The notes under the pieces were generated by a model that saw nothing but the letters and a program-made list of their open reading frames with translations, made no database searches and had not been told where the DNA came from. Of a DNA stretch of 64,000 nt, positions 25,589 through 38,147 are shown in pieces (the stretch's first letter is position 1; each line of letters begins with the position of its first letter). This DNA comes from Mobula hypostoma (taxonomy: Eukaryota). The position numbers were made by a program, and so were the translations under genes. Location: positions 89,964,001 through 90,028,000 of the forward strand of contig NC_086108.1 in assembly GCF_963921235.1 (NCBI RefSeq). Reading direction: 5' to 3'.

Positions 25589-26856
25589 AACCCGAATTGT
25601 TGATAATTGTTGAAGATAACATAGTCAGTGCTAATCTTCATTTATTTACTTCTAATTTACTTTTTACTTCTTGCTGAGTATTCTGAAATGGATTTAATTT
25701 CATAAAAAGCCATACTTTAATATTAAAACATTATTTGAGGCAAAGCATTAGACAGACTAAATCAACTAACCTAAAGCGGAAGCAACATCAAGGGCAAGTA
25801 ACTTTCATTGAAAATAACACTTGATACATTTTTTAAATCAGTAATTGCTTTTTGTCTCAACAGAGGCAAATCATGTTAGACTTCTTGCCACCAATTCAGT
25901 GTAGTTAAACCACACAGGGCAAGTATCCCATGCCTCTTTCAACAGATATACTGGTGGTTAACTGGTGTTTTAATTTAGTTTTAGTTTTATATCATGCTAA
26001 AGGACAATCAAGCTGAAATTAACAGTCATGCGTATAGTGAAGACAACGATTTGTTAAAATTATCCATTCTATTCAAAGAGTTTATTAAAAAAAATCAAAG
26101 ATATTTCCATGGGAGTAATTCTACACTGTCAATATCAGGAAAAATGAACAGATGGATAGAGCGTGATCTCTAAAATTGTAACAGCATTTTTGAAGAACGA
26201 CACAGATCTGTCGGGAACAGTGAAGCAACTGGGCAAGGGGAGAAAGTTGAATTCAATTCTCACAGGTCCAGGAAAGCACAGAAGATTGTCTAATGTGTTT
26301 ACAAAGCACTTCAGTGCCCTGAAGAAATGATAACTCATTTGTTTAAACTATTTCAAAAATTAGGTTTATTTCCAGATGTCCAGCTGTTGATTAGTACAAA
26401 ATATAGTGTTTTTTTTTCCTGAACAATCTCCCCATACAGTGAATGTAATTGGAAGCAGTAGGTAAATTTATTGAACCCATATTCAAGGCAGGGAGTCAGG
26501 CTCGAGGGCTGAGTGGAAGGGGCAGGGACCACATCACCATAAAACCTATTCTCTGTTTCTTGCTGTTTTCAAGTGGGCTCCCTACTGGCAACATGCAATC
26601 AGTTAATTCACTGAAGTGTGCATAATACTCCAGTTTGCTTGTATTCTTTTGTAAAATCATTAATAATTTTGTCAAAATCCCTTTATAAATATTCCATAAC
26701 TCACTTAATATGCACACTGTCATAATGTTCATCATCTATCTGATGTTTGAAATGTTTCTTAATTTTTATTGCAAATGCAGTCTTGTGGTATTAATTGAAT
26801 AACGTCTTTCCTGCTTCATAGATGAGAATTCCTCATCCAGCTACGATACATTGACA

Positions 26857-26995
26857 TAAACATAAGAGATTCTACAGATGCTGAAAATCCAAAGTAACGC
26901 ACACAAAACACTGAAGGAATTCAGCAGGTCGGGCAGCATCTACGGAGAAGAATAAACAATCGATGTTCCAGGTCAACCCCTTCATCAGGACTGAG
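26857..26995 (-). mobile_element. PLE terminal fragment with HHR remnant
   Basis: Minus strand: AGTC-CTGATGA-AGGGGTTGACCT-GGAA-CATC-GATT. Confidence 0.75.
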
Positions 26996-27479
26996 TTCTT
27001 ACAACTGACAATTGTCAATACATTGACAGTCATCTTCAAAGACAGTGAGGAAATTGTTCACTAGCCAGAGACATCTGCAACCGACAGTCAATGTCCATAC
27101 AGGTAGCAGAGTCCAGAGTGAACAATGGACTGGAAGGAAATTAGTTTGTGGGACCTGCACTTGGCAGTCTGAACAGATGGGAGAAGGAACTGGCGGAGGC
27201 AACGACCACACAGAGTAAGTTCAGGCAGCAACTGGTGGAGCTGGTGCACCACAGAGTGAAGCTGGGAAGAAATCACTGGAGACTGTGCAGGGCTCCGAAC
27301 GAACTAATCCCAAACACTGTGTGATGGAATAAGATCAAACAGAAACTGGTGGTGGCAAAAACTCCTCTTTGCACACATACCAGTGCATGATAAGTTGGAA
27401 ATTTCACTGAGGAATTGGTGGATACATGGCTGAAAGTCAGCATTCAGCTTCCACTCCCCCTTCCTCTCTTCCTCTCTTC

Positions 27480-27725
27480 CATTCAGAATCAGGTTTAATA
27501 TCACTGACATATGTTGTGACCTGTTGTGAAATTTGTTGTTTTGCAGCAGCAGTACGGCGCAAAACATAAAAACAAACTATAAATGGCAATGAGAAGTAAA
27601 CATACACCGTATATAACACAAGCAGCACAAGTAGAGAGCAAAAATAGTAAGATTGTGCTTATGGGTTGGTTCATTGCTATTCAGAAATCTGATGACAATG
27701 GGGAAGAAGCTGTTCCTAAAATGCA
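27480..27725 (-). mobile_element. Rex1/Babar LINE 3' UTR
   Basis: TCAGAATCAGGTTTAATATCACTG tail shared with other Rex1 copies. Confidence 0.7.
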
Positions 27726-28329
27726 CCTGCTTCCTCTACACAACTTCTGACTACCGCTAGATTCTGCAGCTAGCTTCTTGTCACCCAATTTTAACCTGTC
27801 CAGTCTTGAAATGATGACTAGCAGATTGTTCAAACAAGGACAGTGTCTATGCCAGACACCTGAATTTCTACCCCCCCTTCACCCTCCCCACAGTCATCTT
27901 AATCAGACCAAGTTCAGAGCCATGTCCGTGCCATGCTGCAGTCTTAAGTTGAGAAAGCAGAAAGCCCCGAAGCCTAAACCAGCTGGTAATACCCAGCAGA
28001 CGTCAGCACGATGTCTAAAAAGGACACAGAAAGTATTAATATACTTTGACATAGCCTGGCAAATATGTGAACACAAGCTGACCATTGTCTATTCCTGATT
28101 ACTTAACTCAGTTGGCCTACTGTGTTGTATTGTACATTTCCTATTGCGTATGTAGGCGAAAAAAAGATAACAGATGTGGGAATTGGGATCAGAAAAACAG
28201 AACACCAGAGAAACTCAGCATCTTAAAGGTAAATGTTCCAATCATTGTTGGATTGGGGTGTGGAATTTTTATTTTATTTGTTGTTTCCCAATGCTTGCTT
28301 GTATTTTTATATAATCTCCAATATGCATA

Positions 28330-28427
28330 TAAGACACACAAAATGCTGGAGGAACTCAGCAGGCCAGGCAGTATCTATGGAAAAGAGTAAACAGTCGATG
28401 TTTTGGGGCTGAGACCCTTCATCAGCA
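28330..28427 (-). mobile_element. PLE terminal fragment with HHR remnant
   Basis: Minus strand: CTGATGA-AGGGTCTCAGCCCC-AAAA-CATC-GACT. Confidence 0.75.
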
Positions 28428-28769
28428 CATATACATTTAATTGTTCAGTGAATTTTCTAGTAATTACTGTGCAGTTGCTTCTGTATTTTTCTAAAAAACA
28501 TCTTAGTTTTCAGAAGGCAGGTGTCACAACACTTGAATCTGGCTATTTTATAGGTTAATTGTTAACACTGGAATTTTGGTTATCCCTGGTCTGAGTATGA
28601 GATGACCATGAGAAGACTTTTGTGCTTCCTCTGTACTCTCAGCTCAGATTTCTTGTTCATTCTTTGCTACTGTGACAGTTAATAAAGCAGCTGTAAGGAA
28701 TAAGTTTTATGCCTTATTCTTAACTTCTGAAGAACCTTTGGATCACAAAAGCATCAGAATTTAACATCA

Positions 28770-29600
28770 CCATTTCACATCGAGACCTGAGAGGGTCAAC
28801 GAAAGATTGGAGTAGGGGGGATGTGCAGGATGGAGGAACGACTGAGGCTGGTGGAATAGATGGGGAGGGGATGATGGGCAAATGGAATGAAGCAGTGAGC
28901 AGCTGGGACAGGAAGGGTGAACAACCGGGAAGAAGACTAGGTGGACAGTCATGTGGGAGAAGAGCACCAAGGTTTTGAGCTTGGAAAACTGGGTTGCAGG
29001 CTATACAGGTAGAACATCAGAATATTCCATTTTGCATTTGGCTGTCAGAAAGATCAGTGTGGGAGTGAGAACGAGAGTTAAAATGACACACAGCTCGATA
29101 TTTAATGTGGCTTTTGTGGCTGAATACAACGCTCCATGAAATGGTCACCCAGTCCACACTTGGTTCCACCAGTGCAGACAAGGTTGAATACAGAAGAGAT
29201 GGATCTGAACTTCTGTCTCACTCCCAAGGGCTGTTTAGCTTCCTGGAAGGTGCTGAGGGAGGAAATGAAGGGACAGTCATTTCACCTCCTTTGCAAGGGA
29301 AGGTACGGGGGGGCGGGGCTGGAAGGGGTAAGTGGTGTGGGATGAATGCACCAGGGAATCATGAAGAGATGTTACCTGTGGAATCAGAATCTGAATTCGG
29401 TTTATTATTACTGACGTGCATTGTGAAATTCATTGTGAAAGCCATTGTGAAAGCAGAAAGGAGAAAGGGGGAAGAGAGGATGATGTGACTGGTGGTGGGA
29501 TGATGTTGGAGTTGGCAGTAATTATTGAGCAGGCAATGCATATGCTTACAACACAATGGTAGGATCATTGACGTTTCAATTCTCAGGAAACCCACACACC
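28770..29600 (-). mobile_element. Highly decayed Neptune PLE Zn-finger/GIY-YIG region
   Basis: Minus-strand remnants TFPCK...CPFISSLSTFQ...VRQKF...GGTKCGLGDHFME resemble the Neptune Cys linker and GIY-YIG start. Confidence 0.5.
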
Positions 29601-29734
29601 CTTGGAGTTCTTCATCTACGGAAACTCCATCCTGATATCATCTAGCATCATCCCCCTCTCCTTCTGCTTCTATGATTTACCTATCAATCTCTATATCATG
29701 CCCTCTCCCCCACTCATTCTGTTACACATTGGAG

Positions 29735-29985
29735 TGCCACAGAAACATAATGGTTAGCGTAATGCTATTACATCACTCGTGACCCATTACTGCTGCTGTC
29801 TGCAAGGAGTTTGTATGTTCTCACCCTGACCTCAGGGGTTTCCTCTGGTAGCTCTTATTTCCTCCCACCATTCTAAAGGCATACCGGTTATTATCCTAAT
29901 TGGTCATAGGGGTGTAATTGGGCTGCCTGGGTTCGTTGTGCAAAAGGGCTTGTTACTGTGCTGAATCTCAAAATAAAATATATAA
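29735..29985 (+). mobile_element. V-SINE/HE1-like SINE
   Basis: V-domain AAGGAGTTTGTATGTTCTC...GGGTTTCCTCTGG...TTCCTCCCAC. Confidence 0.7.
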
Positions 29986-30164
29986 CCTAAAAATAAATCG
30001 TCATTCTTTCCTCTTTCCTGTCATATTTTGATGCAGGATCTCAAACAAAATTTTCCGTATGCACCTTTTTCTCCACGTTGTTGCTTGACTGAATCCTTCC
30101 AGACTTCTGTTTGTTGGATCATTTGTAGATAGTCACTTTATTGTAATTGTAGACCAAGAAAATG

Positions 30165-30820
30165 GGATACAGCAACACAGTAAAAGCTCCAAGCAGCATC
30201 TATGGAGGGAAATGAGCAGTCAACATTTTTGATCACAACCCTTCATCAGGACTGAAAAAAAAGAGAAGAGATTGTCAGTATAAAAAGATGGGGGGAAAAG
30301 TGGAGCAAATGCTGGCAGGTGACAACTGACTCCAGGTGAGGTGAGTGATAGGTAGAGAAAGGAGGGGCAGAGGTGGAAATGATGTAAAAAGCTGGAAGGT
30401 GATTGGTGGAAATGACAGAAGGTAGAATCTGATCAGGGAGGACGGTGTACCAGAGAATAAAGGGTAAGAATTAGAGAGGGGAAGAGTGAGGGGAATGGAT
30501 GGATGATGGGCAAATGAAGAGGAAGAGGAAGGCGGAGGGGAAAGAGGTAGGGAGATTGGGGCTAACTGGAATAAGACAAAAGAAAGGAAGGAACAGAGGG
30601 AAGTGGTTACCAAATTTAGAGAATTTGATGTTCATGCTGTCAAGTTGGAGAATATGAGGTGCTGTTTCTCTACTCTCTGCTCAATTCAGCAGACATGGAC
30701 CGACATGCTGGTGTGGGAATGGGTGGTGGAATTAAAATGGCTGGCTATCGAGTGATCCTGGCTGGTAGAGTGGACAGAGTGGAGGTGTTCAATGCAGCAG
30801 TCTCCCAATCTGTCTCAGGA
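30165..30820 (-). mobile_element. Neptune PLE 3' fragment (GIY-YIG remnant, pLTR, decayed HHR)
   Basis: Minus strand has RLGDC..EHL and VASHFNSTTHSH-like remnants; CTGATGAAGGG at ~30238-30248. Confidence 0.7.
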
Positions 30821-32525
30821 TTTTCCTCATTTCAGTAATGAGCAGTGACATTTAGAAAATATTGTGAGGCAAGTTTACATGTAGTTATAAACTAATTGCA
30901 TAAAGATTTAAGTTATTTTCAGAAGAAACCTCTTTATACATTTGTGTGCACAAGCACAAACTTAACGAAATTCTAACACAAACACACAAAAGAGCTGGGC
31001 CATGTAATAAGCCCTTTCTGCCAACTATTTAATGATGATAGATACAAAGCTGGAGGACTAAATTGCCTAGATGTCGATCTGCCAGGATTGGATCTGTGCA
31101 AAGAATGTTCTGTTTGAATGGAGATATTTAAATTGTATGCAATTGCTACAATTAGGAAAAGCAGATGACAACCTGTGCTCATGGCAACAGTTCTTAAAGA
31201 AAACTGTTGCAGAAGGAATAGGCATTCTTTGTTTATGGCATACCGAATCCAGCAATGCAGTGAAACTACTGCTGTTTTGTATAATTACAGTGCATCAGTG
31301 AAACTTCTGCTATCCCATACCTCTGTGAAAAGGTGGCTGCCCTACGCACTTACACCTTCTGCTTACAGAATAGGATTTTAATCAACCGAGACCTTAATCA
31401 GGACATGGCTTCGAGTGCTTTACGTTTCAGTGAAAACATTGACAGCGATGACAGGAAAACCCAGTGATAATGTTAAAATGTTCCTTTTATGTCGAGTGAC
31501 CACCGAACATGGTGAAGTGATAACAGTATGAAGGTCGGTTCCCTGTGGCAGCATTTTAGCATTTTAATTTCTCCAGTTTTCTTAGGAACAGACATTGCTA
31601 CAGCTGGCATTTTTGGCTGGAATTTACTTCCTTGGCTGCAGTGCTTAGGAATTCTCAGCTGGCAAGGTCTGTTTACAAATAGAAATTACTGGCTGTACTT
31701 AATTACCTACCTGAGTCATTTACATCTGTGCAAAGCCTACAGTACATTTGGGGGATTTGTATAGTATTACTTGGATTTGGGATGCTAGATTTGTTCTGCA
31801 CAAGTCATTTGGAATCGCCAATGAAACATAGGGCCTGAAATGTTCCAAGTTCAGCTGTGTGACCAGAATGGGTATCTTCAATGGTTATGTCCTTCAGCAG
31901 ATATGGTAGAATTCAATAGCATTCAGTTAATGTCCAGAAGATTCAGCAGCCAGAACTATTATTTCAGAAATTGAGTTCAAATCATTAGCTACTCGAAACC
32001 TGATAACAAGGGAATTACCTAAATGTATACATTAAATAAATTCGGAATAAAAAAAAGCTGAGGTTGCTAGATTGTCTTTAAAACTTCTTGACAGGCATTC
32101 CTCAGTCATTTAGAATTGGTCATAACATTTCACCCACCCTGACCATCAACAAGAGTGCTTCTCAGGGTTAGGTGCTCAGTCCCCTCTGCTAATTCCTGTG
32201 TACCCTTGACTACATGACAACTCAGACTTTAAGTTTGCCAATGTTACTGGCCGCATCAAGAACAATGTTGAGGGGGGGTACAGGAATGAAATCAAGAACA
32301 TTGTGCTTTGGAGTCAAAGAATCAACCTAGCTCTTAAACAAGAGGAATTCTGCAGATGCTGGAAATTCAAGCAACACACACCAAAGTTGCTGGTGAACGC
32401 AGCAGGCCAGGCAGCATCTCTAGGAAGAGGTACAGTCGACGCTTCAGGCCGAGACCCTTCGTCAAACCATCTCTCACTGCTCCCCATCTCTAATTTCTTC
32501 TGCTCTTCAACTTTTCGACCACATT

Positions 32526-34137
32526 TTGACTCAGACTTGCTATCACAGCCATATATCCTTTCTTGGAATGTGCTTCCATCACCAACTTACTCCAGTTGGA
32601 TTTAGGATTCGTTTCCGAGACTCTCAATTTGGACCTTCTGAGGATCCCAGGTACTCACATTTTATTGACTCTGCCTCTCGTTGCTTCTCTCGTCAAGCTC
32701 TGAAGGCGACCCTCTCCGCCATGAGGAGGTATTTGGTGTCCCTATCCCAGACCCTTCTACACCTTCGGGACACTTTCTTCGCCGTCTGTATTGGTCCTAC
32801 CCATTATTTCATCCTCCGTCAGATCCATGCCTGCAATCGCCGTTTTTTTGACTTTGTCACGTTAGGCAAAGATCACAAGATCCTACATCTGCGGACCCCA
32901 GAGCCTGCTGGCCCTGGAGCTAGCAGGCATCAACTTCAGATTGCAGCTCCTGCCATTGATCTCGCCGGCTCCAACACCTCAGGGCATATTCAAAACCCGG
33001 ACTCCAGCAACGACCATGGACACCTTCAAAGCGATTGCGCAACCACCAACTGCGACTCCAGCCTTGAACTCCAGGCTGTGTCTTTATGTGCTGCTATTGT
33101 GACTCCCGTCTCTCCTTCCCCCACCACCACTCTGCAATCCCATCTTCCTCAGATCCCATCGTCAGCTCCTGGGTACTCAGAGGTTCTATCTTCCTCTCAC
33201 CTCAACCCTCCCCTCTCCACTGACACCCTCAGCCTCCCCCCTCCCCCCTCTGATCCCAGCTCTCATCCGTGCTGGGTCTTTACCATCCCTTCGACCTTCA
33301 ACTCTCTGAGGCAGAATTCTCTGTCCTCAGTAAGGGCCTCACCTTTGTCCCCCTTCGCCCACACCTCAGCGAGTTCCGTTTTCGCCATGACACGGAACTG
33401 TTCTTCCGCCGTCTCCGTCTCCGAGCCTACTTCTTCGACAAGGACTCTTCCACCCCCACCGATGACCCCTTCTCCTGTCTTCAACCCTCCTCTTCTTCAT
33501 GGACGCCCCGCTCTGGTCTTCTGCCTGCTCTGGATCTCTTTATCGCTCACTGCCGACGGGACATCAACCGTCTCGACTTCACCGCACCTTGTTCCCATTC
33601 CAACCTTACTCCTTCCGAACGCTCTGCTCTCCACTCCCTCCGCACTAATCCTAACCTTACTATTAAACCCGCCGATAAGGGGGGTGCTGTTGTAGTCTGG
33701 CGTACTGACCTCTACCTTGCCGAGGCACAGCGACAACTCGCGGATACCTCCTCTTATTTACCCCTCGATCGTGACCCCACTAAGGAGCACCAGGCCATTG
33801 TCTCCCACAGCATCACCAACTTTATCCGCTCAGGGGATCTCCCATCCACTGCTACCAACCTTATAGTTCCCACACCTCGCACTTCCCACACTTACCCAAG
33901 ATCCACAAACCTGCCTGTCCTGGCAGACCTATTATCTCAGCTTGCTCCTGCCCCACCGAACTCGTTTCTGCATACATCGACACGGTTTTATCCCCCCTTG
34001 TTCAATCCCTTCCTACCTATGTCCGTGACACTTCTCACGCTCTTAAACTTTTCGATGATTTTAAGTTCCCTGGCCCCCACTGCTTTATTTTCACCATGGA
34101 TGTCCAGTCCCTATATACTTCCATCCCCCATCAAGAA
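32526..34137 (+). pseudogene. PLE polyprotein N-terminus and RT motifs up to motif A (frameshifted, truncated)
   Basis: LSEAEFSVLSKGLTFVP, FFRRLRLRAYF, TIKPADKGGAVVVW, PKIHK..GRPII, MDVQSLYTSIPHQE; later RT motifs and GIY-YIG absent. Confidence 0.88.
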
Positions 34138-34138
34138 A

Positions 34139-34178
34139 ATAGTCCTGACGAAGGGTCTCGGCCTGAAACGTCGACTGT
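34139..34178 (+). ncRNA. Minimal type I hammerhead ribozyme motif (intact core)
   Basis: Stem I AGTC/GACT; CTGACGA 34145-34151; stem II GGGT-ctcg-GCCT; GAAA 34165-34168; C-GTC; predicted cleavage after 34172. Confidence 0.85.
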
Positions 34179-34611
34179 ACCTCTTCCTAGAGATGCTGCC
34201 TGGCCTGCTGCGTTCACCAGCAACTTTGATGTGTGTTGCAACCTAGCTCTTAACGTCAGCAAGACAAAAGAGATGGTTGCTGAACTAAGGAAGCATGGGA
34301 TGAACATATCCTTGTCCTCACCAATGACACTTCTGTAGAGATGGGCAACAGCTTGAAGATCCATGGCATGTCCGTCACCAGCATCCTCACATGGAGCTTT
34401 CACACAGATGCAGTGATCAAGAGAGCACATCTGCATATCCATTTTCTTGGGCATCTCAGAAGACTTGGCATGTATACGAAGATTCTCTTGAACTTCTACA
34501 GATGCGCTATAGAGAGTATTGTGACGGGTTACATCAGAGTCCGGTACGGTAACTATTCACATTCAGCCAACTGAACCTGCAGAGAGTGATGAAAGCAGAG
34601 AATGAAGTCTA

Positions 34612-34950
34612 AGATAAAGATCAAGATTATCTTCATTGATCACATTTACCTCAAAACATTGAGACATAGAGTGAAATGTGTCATTTGCATCAATGACCAG
34701 CACAGTCTGAGGCTGTGCTGGGGCAGCCCACAAGTGTCTCCATGCTTCCAACGTTAACTTATCATGCCCACAGCTCACTAACCCTAACCATACATCTTAG
34801 GAATGTGGGAGGAAATGGGAGCACCCAGAGGAAGCCCACATGCTCACTAGGAGAATATACAAACTCCTTACCAACAGCAGAGGGAATTGAAATCTGATTT
34901 CTGGTGCAGTAAAATATTGCACTAACAGCTCTGCTACCATTCCTCACTGC
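34612..34950 (-). mobile_element. V-SINE/HE1-like SINE
   Basis: Minus strand: GGTAAGGAGTTTGTATATTCTCC...GGGTGCTCCCATTTCCTCCCACATTCC. Confidence 0.7.
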
Positions 34951-35137
34951 CAACAGCTTTCTGAACTCATTACCTCTTTTTCACCCCTTCCCAGTGGTGC
35001 TGCCCCATTCTACCTCTCTCAGTTATTCCGCTATTGTCAGCTTAGTATTCTTTTTGTACTACATCAGATTCCACTTCAGTATTTGCACCTTCACTCTTCA
35101 TCGTATTTATTGTTGTATTTATTATTATTATTGTTAT

Positions 35138-35389
35138 TATTATGTTTTATACCTTCAAAACATTAGACTAATTCAAATGAAGATATGGGATTCCAAAATG
35201 CGGGTCTGACTTCAAGTTCACTTTTAAGCAAGGCACACACATATCACATGGTAGCATGATGACAAATGCAAATCATGTATTTATACATATAACCCGTAAT
35301 GAATTATATAAGTGAACAAAAATCCTTAATTAACCTGTAATATATATAAATAATTATTCAAATATTAGTTCAATATTAAATACACAACA
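35138..35389. mobile_element. Short solo LTR (252 bp) with 5-bp TSD GTTAT
   Basis: Ends TATTATG (decayed TGTTATG)...CACAACA; GTTAT at 35133-35137 and 35390-35394. Confidence 0.65.
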
Positions 35390-36011
35390 GTTATCATGCA
35401 TACTCCTTACCTTGTAGGCTTTATGCAAACAAGGAATTTCATTGCACCTTGGTATATGTGATAGTAAACTTATCTAAAATCTTGTTCTTCAGGAATGTAA
35501 ATTGTCCTTTTCTGGTCTCTGATGCAGCACTAATGCAATTGGCTTTCAATTCCCTTGTGATATGGATTTGTATGTCACTCAGTTGAAGACTGGACTGGCC
35601 AAAACTACCTTCTTTACAGTGACACCCATGTCCCAAGAATAAATAATTACCTAAAGGGTGATCTTTAAGGCTCTTGCAGCCTCTAACAGATGCAAGAATC
35701 ACAGCTTGAGACACTGCAGTGATGGTATGATTATTGGGTCAGTTAGAAAACTTCCAAACTACTGTACAACAGAAGTATTTTTGTGAGTTGAAGCAAATAA
35801 AGTATTATAGTGGGTAAATAGATTCAGATATGCAACGGTCATAATCTAATACATTGCCACAGGAGGCTTGAGGCACTCAATAGCTCCCTCTATTCCTTCA
35901 ATTTTACTACCCTTTCACTTCTCGTGGGAAAGTAATGAATTTGCTTCACTTGCTTCATTGTCTCAGTGCTTTAGACCTGGTCTCATGTGTCCCTCAGTTT
36001 ACAAGAAGTTT

Positions 36012-36651
36012 CAATCAACATCATAAGACTAAAAAGCTGACTGTTGATATCAGGAAAGGGGAGTTGGGAGAACACACACTGGCCCTCATTGAAGGTTCAA
36101 GGATGAGCAGCTTTAAGTTCCTGTGTGCCAACATCTCAGAGGATCGTCCCTGGACCTAACATGTTGATGCAATCATGAAAGAGGCAAGCAGGGTCTTTGC
36201 TTGGTTAGTTATTTGATATTTGGTATGCCACCAAAGACTCTAGCAAATTTACATCATGGTGGCATCACAGTCTGGTATGGAAACATTAACGCCCTTGAAG
36301 AGAAAAGCCTACAAAAGGTAGTGGACATTGTCCAGTCAACCACAGGTAAAGCCCTCCCCACCAGCGAGCACATCTACATTGAGCGCTGTCAATGGAAATA
36401 AGCATCCATCATCAAGGACCCCTGCCATCCAGGCCATGATCTCTTCTCGATGCTGCCATCAGGAAGTAGGTACAGGAACCGGAGGTCCCACACCACCGGG
36501 TTCAGGAACATTTATTACCCCTCAACCATCAGGCTCTTTAACCAGGCGGGATAACTGCACTCAACTTCACTTGCCCCATCACTGAACTGCTCCTACAACC
36601 TATAGACTCACTTTCAAGGACTCGTCATCTCATATTCTCGAAATTTATTGC

Positions 36652-36682
<31 letters not shown>

Positions 36683-36870
36683 TTTTTGTATTTGCATAAC
36701 TTTCTGTCTTTTGTACATTGGTTGTTTGTCCATCCTGCTGAGTGCAGTCTTTCATTGATTCGATTGTGCTTGTTGTATTTACAGTAAATGCTCATAAGAA
36801 AATGAATCTCTGGGATGTATATAGAGACTTACGTGTACTTTGGTAATAAACTTACTTTGAACTTTGAATT
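36012..36870 (+). mobile_element. Rex1/Babar LINE 3' fragment
   Basis: KTKKLTVDIRKG, FKFLCANISED, ITVWYGN..LQKVVD; (TTTA)n at 36651-36685. Confidence 0.85.
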
Positions 36871-36879
36871 TCTATTGAT

Positions 36880-37790
36880 GAATGGTGAAGGACATTCTGA
36901 CTGGTTAATCTATGCACTGGAATCTCCATGCCAGGCATGGGGTCTCAATCATACAGCGTAACGAGAGGCTACAGCGGGTTGTTGACTCAGCCAGCTGTAT
37001 TGCAGGCACAACCCTCCCTACCATTGACGACATCTTCAAAAACATGTGTCTCATGAAGGTGGCATCTACCATTAAGGACCCTCACAATTTGGGATATACC
37101 ACCTGCTTTTTATTACCATCAAGGAAGAGGTACAGGACCCTGAAAGCTCACACTCAATGTTTTAGTTTCATCCCCTCTGCCAACAGATTTCTGAATGATC
37201 CACGAATTCATGAATATTGCCTCATTATTCCTTTTTTTACACTGTGTATTTACTTTTATAATTTATAGATCTTTATGACTTACACTTTACCGATGCCTCA
37301 AAACAACAGGGTTCACGTCAGCTGACAGTGATCATGATTTTGATTCTGATTCTGATGATCTGGTATGGTAACTCAAATGTGCAAGAATGCAAGAGACTGC
37401 AGAGAGCAGTGGACTCAGTCCAGTACATCACAGGTACATCCCTGCCCACCATCAGTAATATTACGGGAGGCACTACCTCAAGAGTGAAGCAACTGTCATC
37501 AAAGATAATCACCATCTGGGCCATGCCAATTTATGACGGCTGTCATTCCGTAGGAGATACAGAAGCCTGAAGTCCTACGTCACGAATTTCAAAACCAGCT
37601 TCTTGCCTTCAATCATATGACTCTTGAACCAACCTGCACAGTCCTATTCACCACCCCAGTGCACCAGCATCATGACTACTTTGACCATTTTCCTCAACAA
37701 TAGACTCATTTTTGTCCTCTTTGTGTTCTAATCTTGTAAAATTTATCTTTTTCCTGCTGGCAAGTAAGATTTTTATTGCACCTCTGTACA
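36880..37790 (+). mobile_element. Two tandem Rex1/Babar 3' fragments
   Basis: LQRVVDSA...IKDPHNLG (36912-37268) and WYGNSNVQECKRLQRAVDSVQYITG (from ~37355). Confidence 0.75.
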
Positions 37791-37796
37791 CATAGT

Positions 37797-38042
37797 GGCA
37801 GTTCTGTGGGGAAAAGCCTGTAAATGAGAGAGGTCTGACGAGAATGGCCAGACTGATCCGAGCTGACAGGAAGGCGACAGTAACTCAAATAATCATGCGT
37901 GCAACAGAGGTGTGCAGAAAAGCATCTCTGAATGCACAACATGTTGAACCTTGAAGGCCAGAGCAGCAAAATACTATGAATATACACTGAATGGCCACTT
38001 CATTAGGTACAGGAGACACCTAATAAAGTGGCTACTAAGTGT
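37797..38042 (+). mobile_element. Right part of the Tc1 derivative seen at 1243-2097
   Basis: RMARLIRADRKATVTQI remnant; ends CACTGAATGGCCACTTCATTAGGTAC-aggaga-CACCTAATAAAGTGGCTACTAAGTG. Confidence 0.8.
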
Positions 38043-38147
38043 TGATGGATGATTTAATGGTGAAATGGACAGTACAGATACATAGAAAGAAATCAAGTTT
38101 CCTGTTGTAGTCAGGAAGGTTGCAAGGTACCCAGCAGAATAGATTAT

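Larger units (their letters stand above)
32338..34238 (+). mobile_element. Neptune-type Penelope-like element, internally deleted, with inverted left terminus and 15-bp TSD
   Basis: 32338-32464 is an inverted copy of the terminal segment that starts at ~34146; CAACCTAGCTCTTAA occurs at 32323-32337 and 34239-34253; PLE RT N-terminal motifs lie inside. Confidence 0.92.
32125..34610 (+). mobile_element. Decayed Rex1/Babar LINE hosting the PLE
   Basis: QG..LSPLL before the insert; NLALNVSKTKEMV...NFYRCAIESIVTGY after it. Confidence 0.75.

Noticed and set aside
27000..27420. Purine-rich stretch with a GTAAGT donor-like site
   Set aside because: No recognisable protein and no matching acceptor.
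32526..33695. 389-aa ORF as a standalone gene
   Set aside because: It is the PLE N-terminus, which runs out of frame near 33290; the rest is off-frame translation.
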